Assembly: GCA_035221665.1 (NCBI GenBank)
Contig: CM069133.1
Coordinates: forward strand, 144,770,001 to 144,834,000
Source of the DNA: Okamejei kenojei
Lineage: Eukaryota
Length of the DNA stretch: 64,000 nucleotides
Direction of reading: 5' to 3'
Below the pieces are notes generated by a model, which was given only the letters and a program-made list of their open reading frames with translations, had not been told where the DNA came from and made no database searches. The position numbers were made by a program, and so were the translations under genes. How positions within the stretch are numbered: the first letter of the stretch is position 1; each line of letters opens with the position of its first letter. Of this stretch, positions 62,920 through 64,000 are shown in pieces.

Positions 62920-63960
62920 TCATAAATACCAGGACAAATCCAAACCAGCTAATTACCACCCCAATAGTCTACTCTCAATCTTCAGCAAATTGATGGAAGT
63001 CATTATCAACAGTGTTATAAATAGTACTGTCATCGGTAACCTACTCACTAATGCTCACTTTGGGTTTTGCTAGAACCATTCACCTCATCATAATCTTGGT
63101 CAAAACGTAATCCAATAACTGAATGCCAAAGGTGAGGCGAGAGTGAAAGCCCTTGACATTAAGGAAGCATTTGATTGAATGTGGTATTAAAATGCCATGT
63201 GAAACTGAAATGAATGGGCTTCGATAGATAAATCACTCCCGAGGTTGGAGTCATACATTGAACCAGGGAAGATGGTTATGCTGGTCAGAGATGCTAGTCC
63301 CAGGATGTTATTACACGAGTACTTCAGGACAGTTCGGGTCCCAACCATCTTCAGTTCCCTCATCAATGATCTTCCTTCCATCAGAAGGTCAAAGTGGAGA
63401 CATTTGCAGAAACGCGTGATTTTCACACAGAGAGTGGTGAATCTGTGGAATTCTCTGCCACAGAAGGTAGTTGAGGCCAGTTCATTGGCTATATTTAAGA
63501 GGGAGTTAGATGTGGCCCTTGTGGCTAAAGGGATCAGGGGGTATGGAGAGAAGGCAGGTACAGGATACTGAGTTGAATGATCAGCCATGATCATATTGAA
63601 TGGCGGTGCAGGCTCGAAGGGCCGAATGGCCTACTCCTGCACCTATTTTCTGTTTCTATATTCAATTCCATTCACAAATCCTCAGCTAATGAAGAAGTTC
63701 ACAACTGCCTGCCGCGAGACCTAGTTAACATTCAGGTATGGGGTAGTAAGGGGCAAGTAACCTTCATGCCACAGAAGTGGCAAGCAATAACCATCTCCAA
63801 CAAATGAAAAAGATTACATTCATAGGCATTACCATTGCAAACCCCCCCTCCCCCTCATCAATAGTCCACTAGTCACTGCTGACTAAAACTGTAATAAACA
63901 AACCTCATAAGTACCATTGAATAAGAGCAGGTCAATGGCTGGGTATCCTGAAGTGAATGA
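62920..63960 (+). mobile_element. Old CR1/L2-type RT fragment with a young CR1 3' end (63419-63660) inserted
   Basis: ANYHPNSLLSIFSKLME, ALDIKEAFD, VPTIFSSLINDLPS. Confidence 0.8.
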
Positions 63961-64000
63961 CTGGCTTCAAGTTGACATTTATTGTCACATGCACCAATTG

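Overview
Vertebrate genomic DNA, most likely a cartilaginous fish (skate/ray/shark; inferred from the CR1 + Penelope + V-SINE repeat landscape). The only host gene I can support is RHOBTB3 on the minus strand. Its first four coding exons (48809-48816, 48427-48652, 32791-32983, 7255-7412) splice in phase into 195 codons covering the atypical Rho-like domain. The rest of the gene lies beyond position 1, and its CpG-rich promoter is interrupted by a 128-N assembly gap. Much of the remainder is transposon-derived: many CR1 LINE pieces (one with a twin-priming-type 5' inversion), Penelope-like elements with minimal hammerhead ribozymes and 15-16 bp TSDs, and RTE, Rex/Babar and Tx1 fragments. There are also Harbinger-type MITEs, non-autonomous Helitrons, SINEs and a 5'-truncated HERO-like RLE retrotransposon. 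The most striking observation is in the 3' UTR of that RLE element (17283-17448): a complete hammerhead catalytic core whose strands occur in a non-circularly permuted, pseudoknotted order. Repeat boundaries were read by eye and are approximate unless a TSD or terminus is given.
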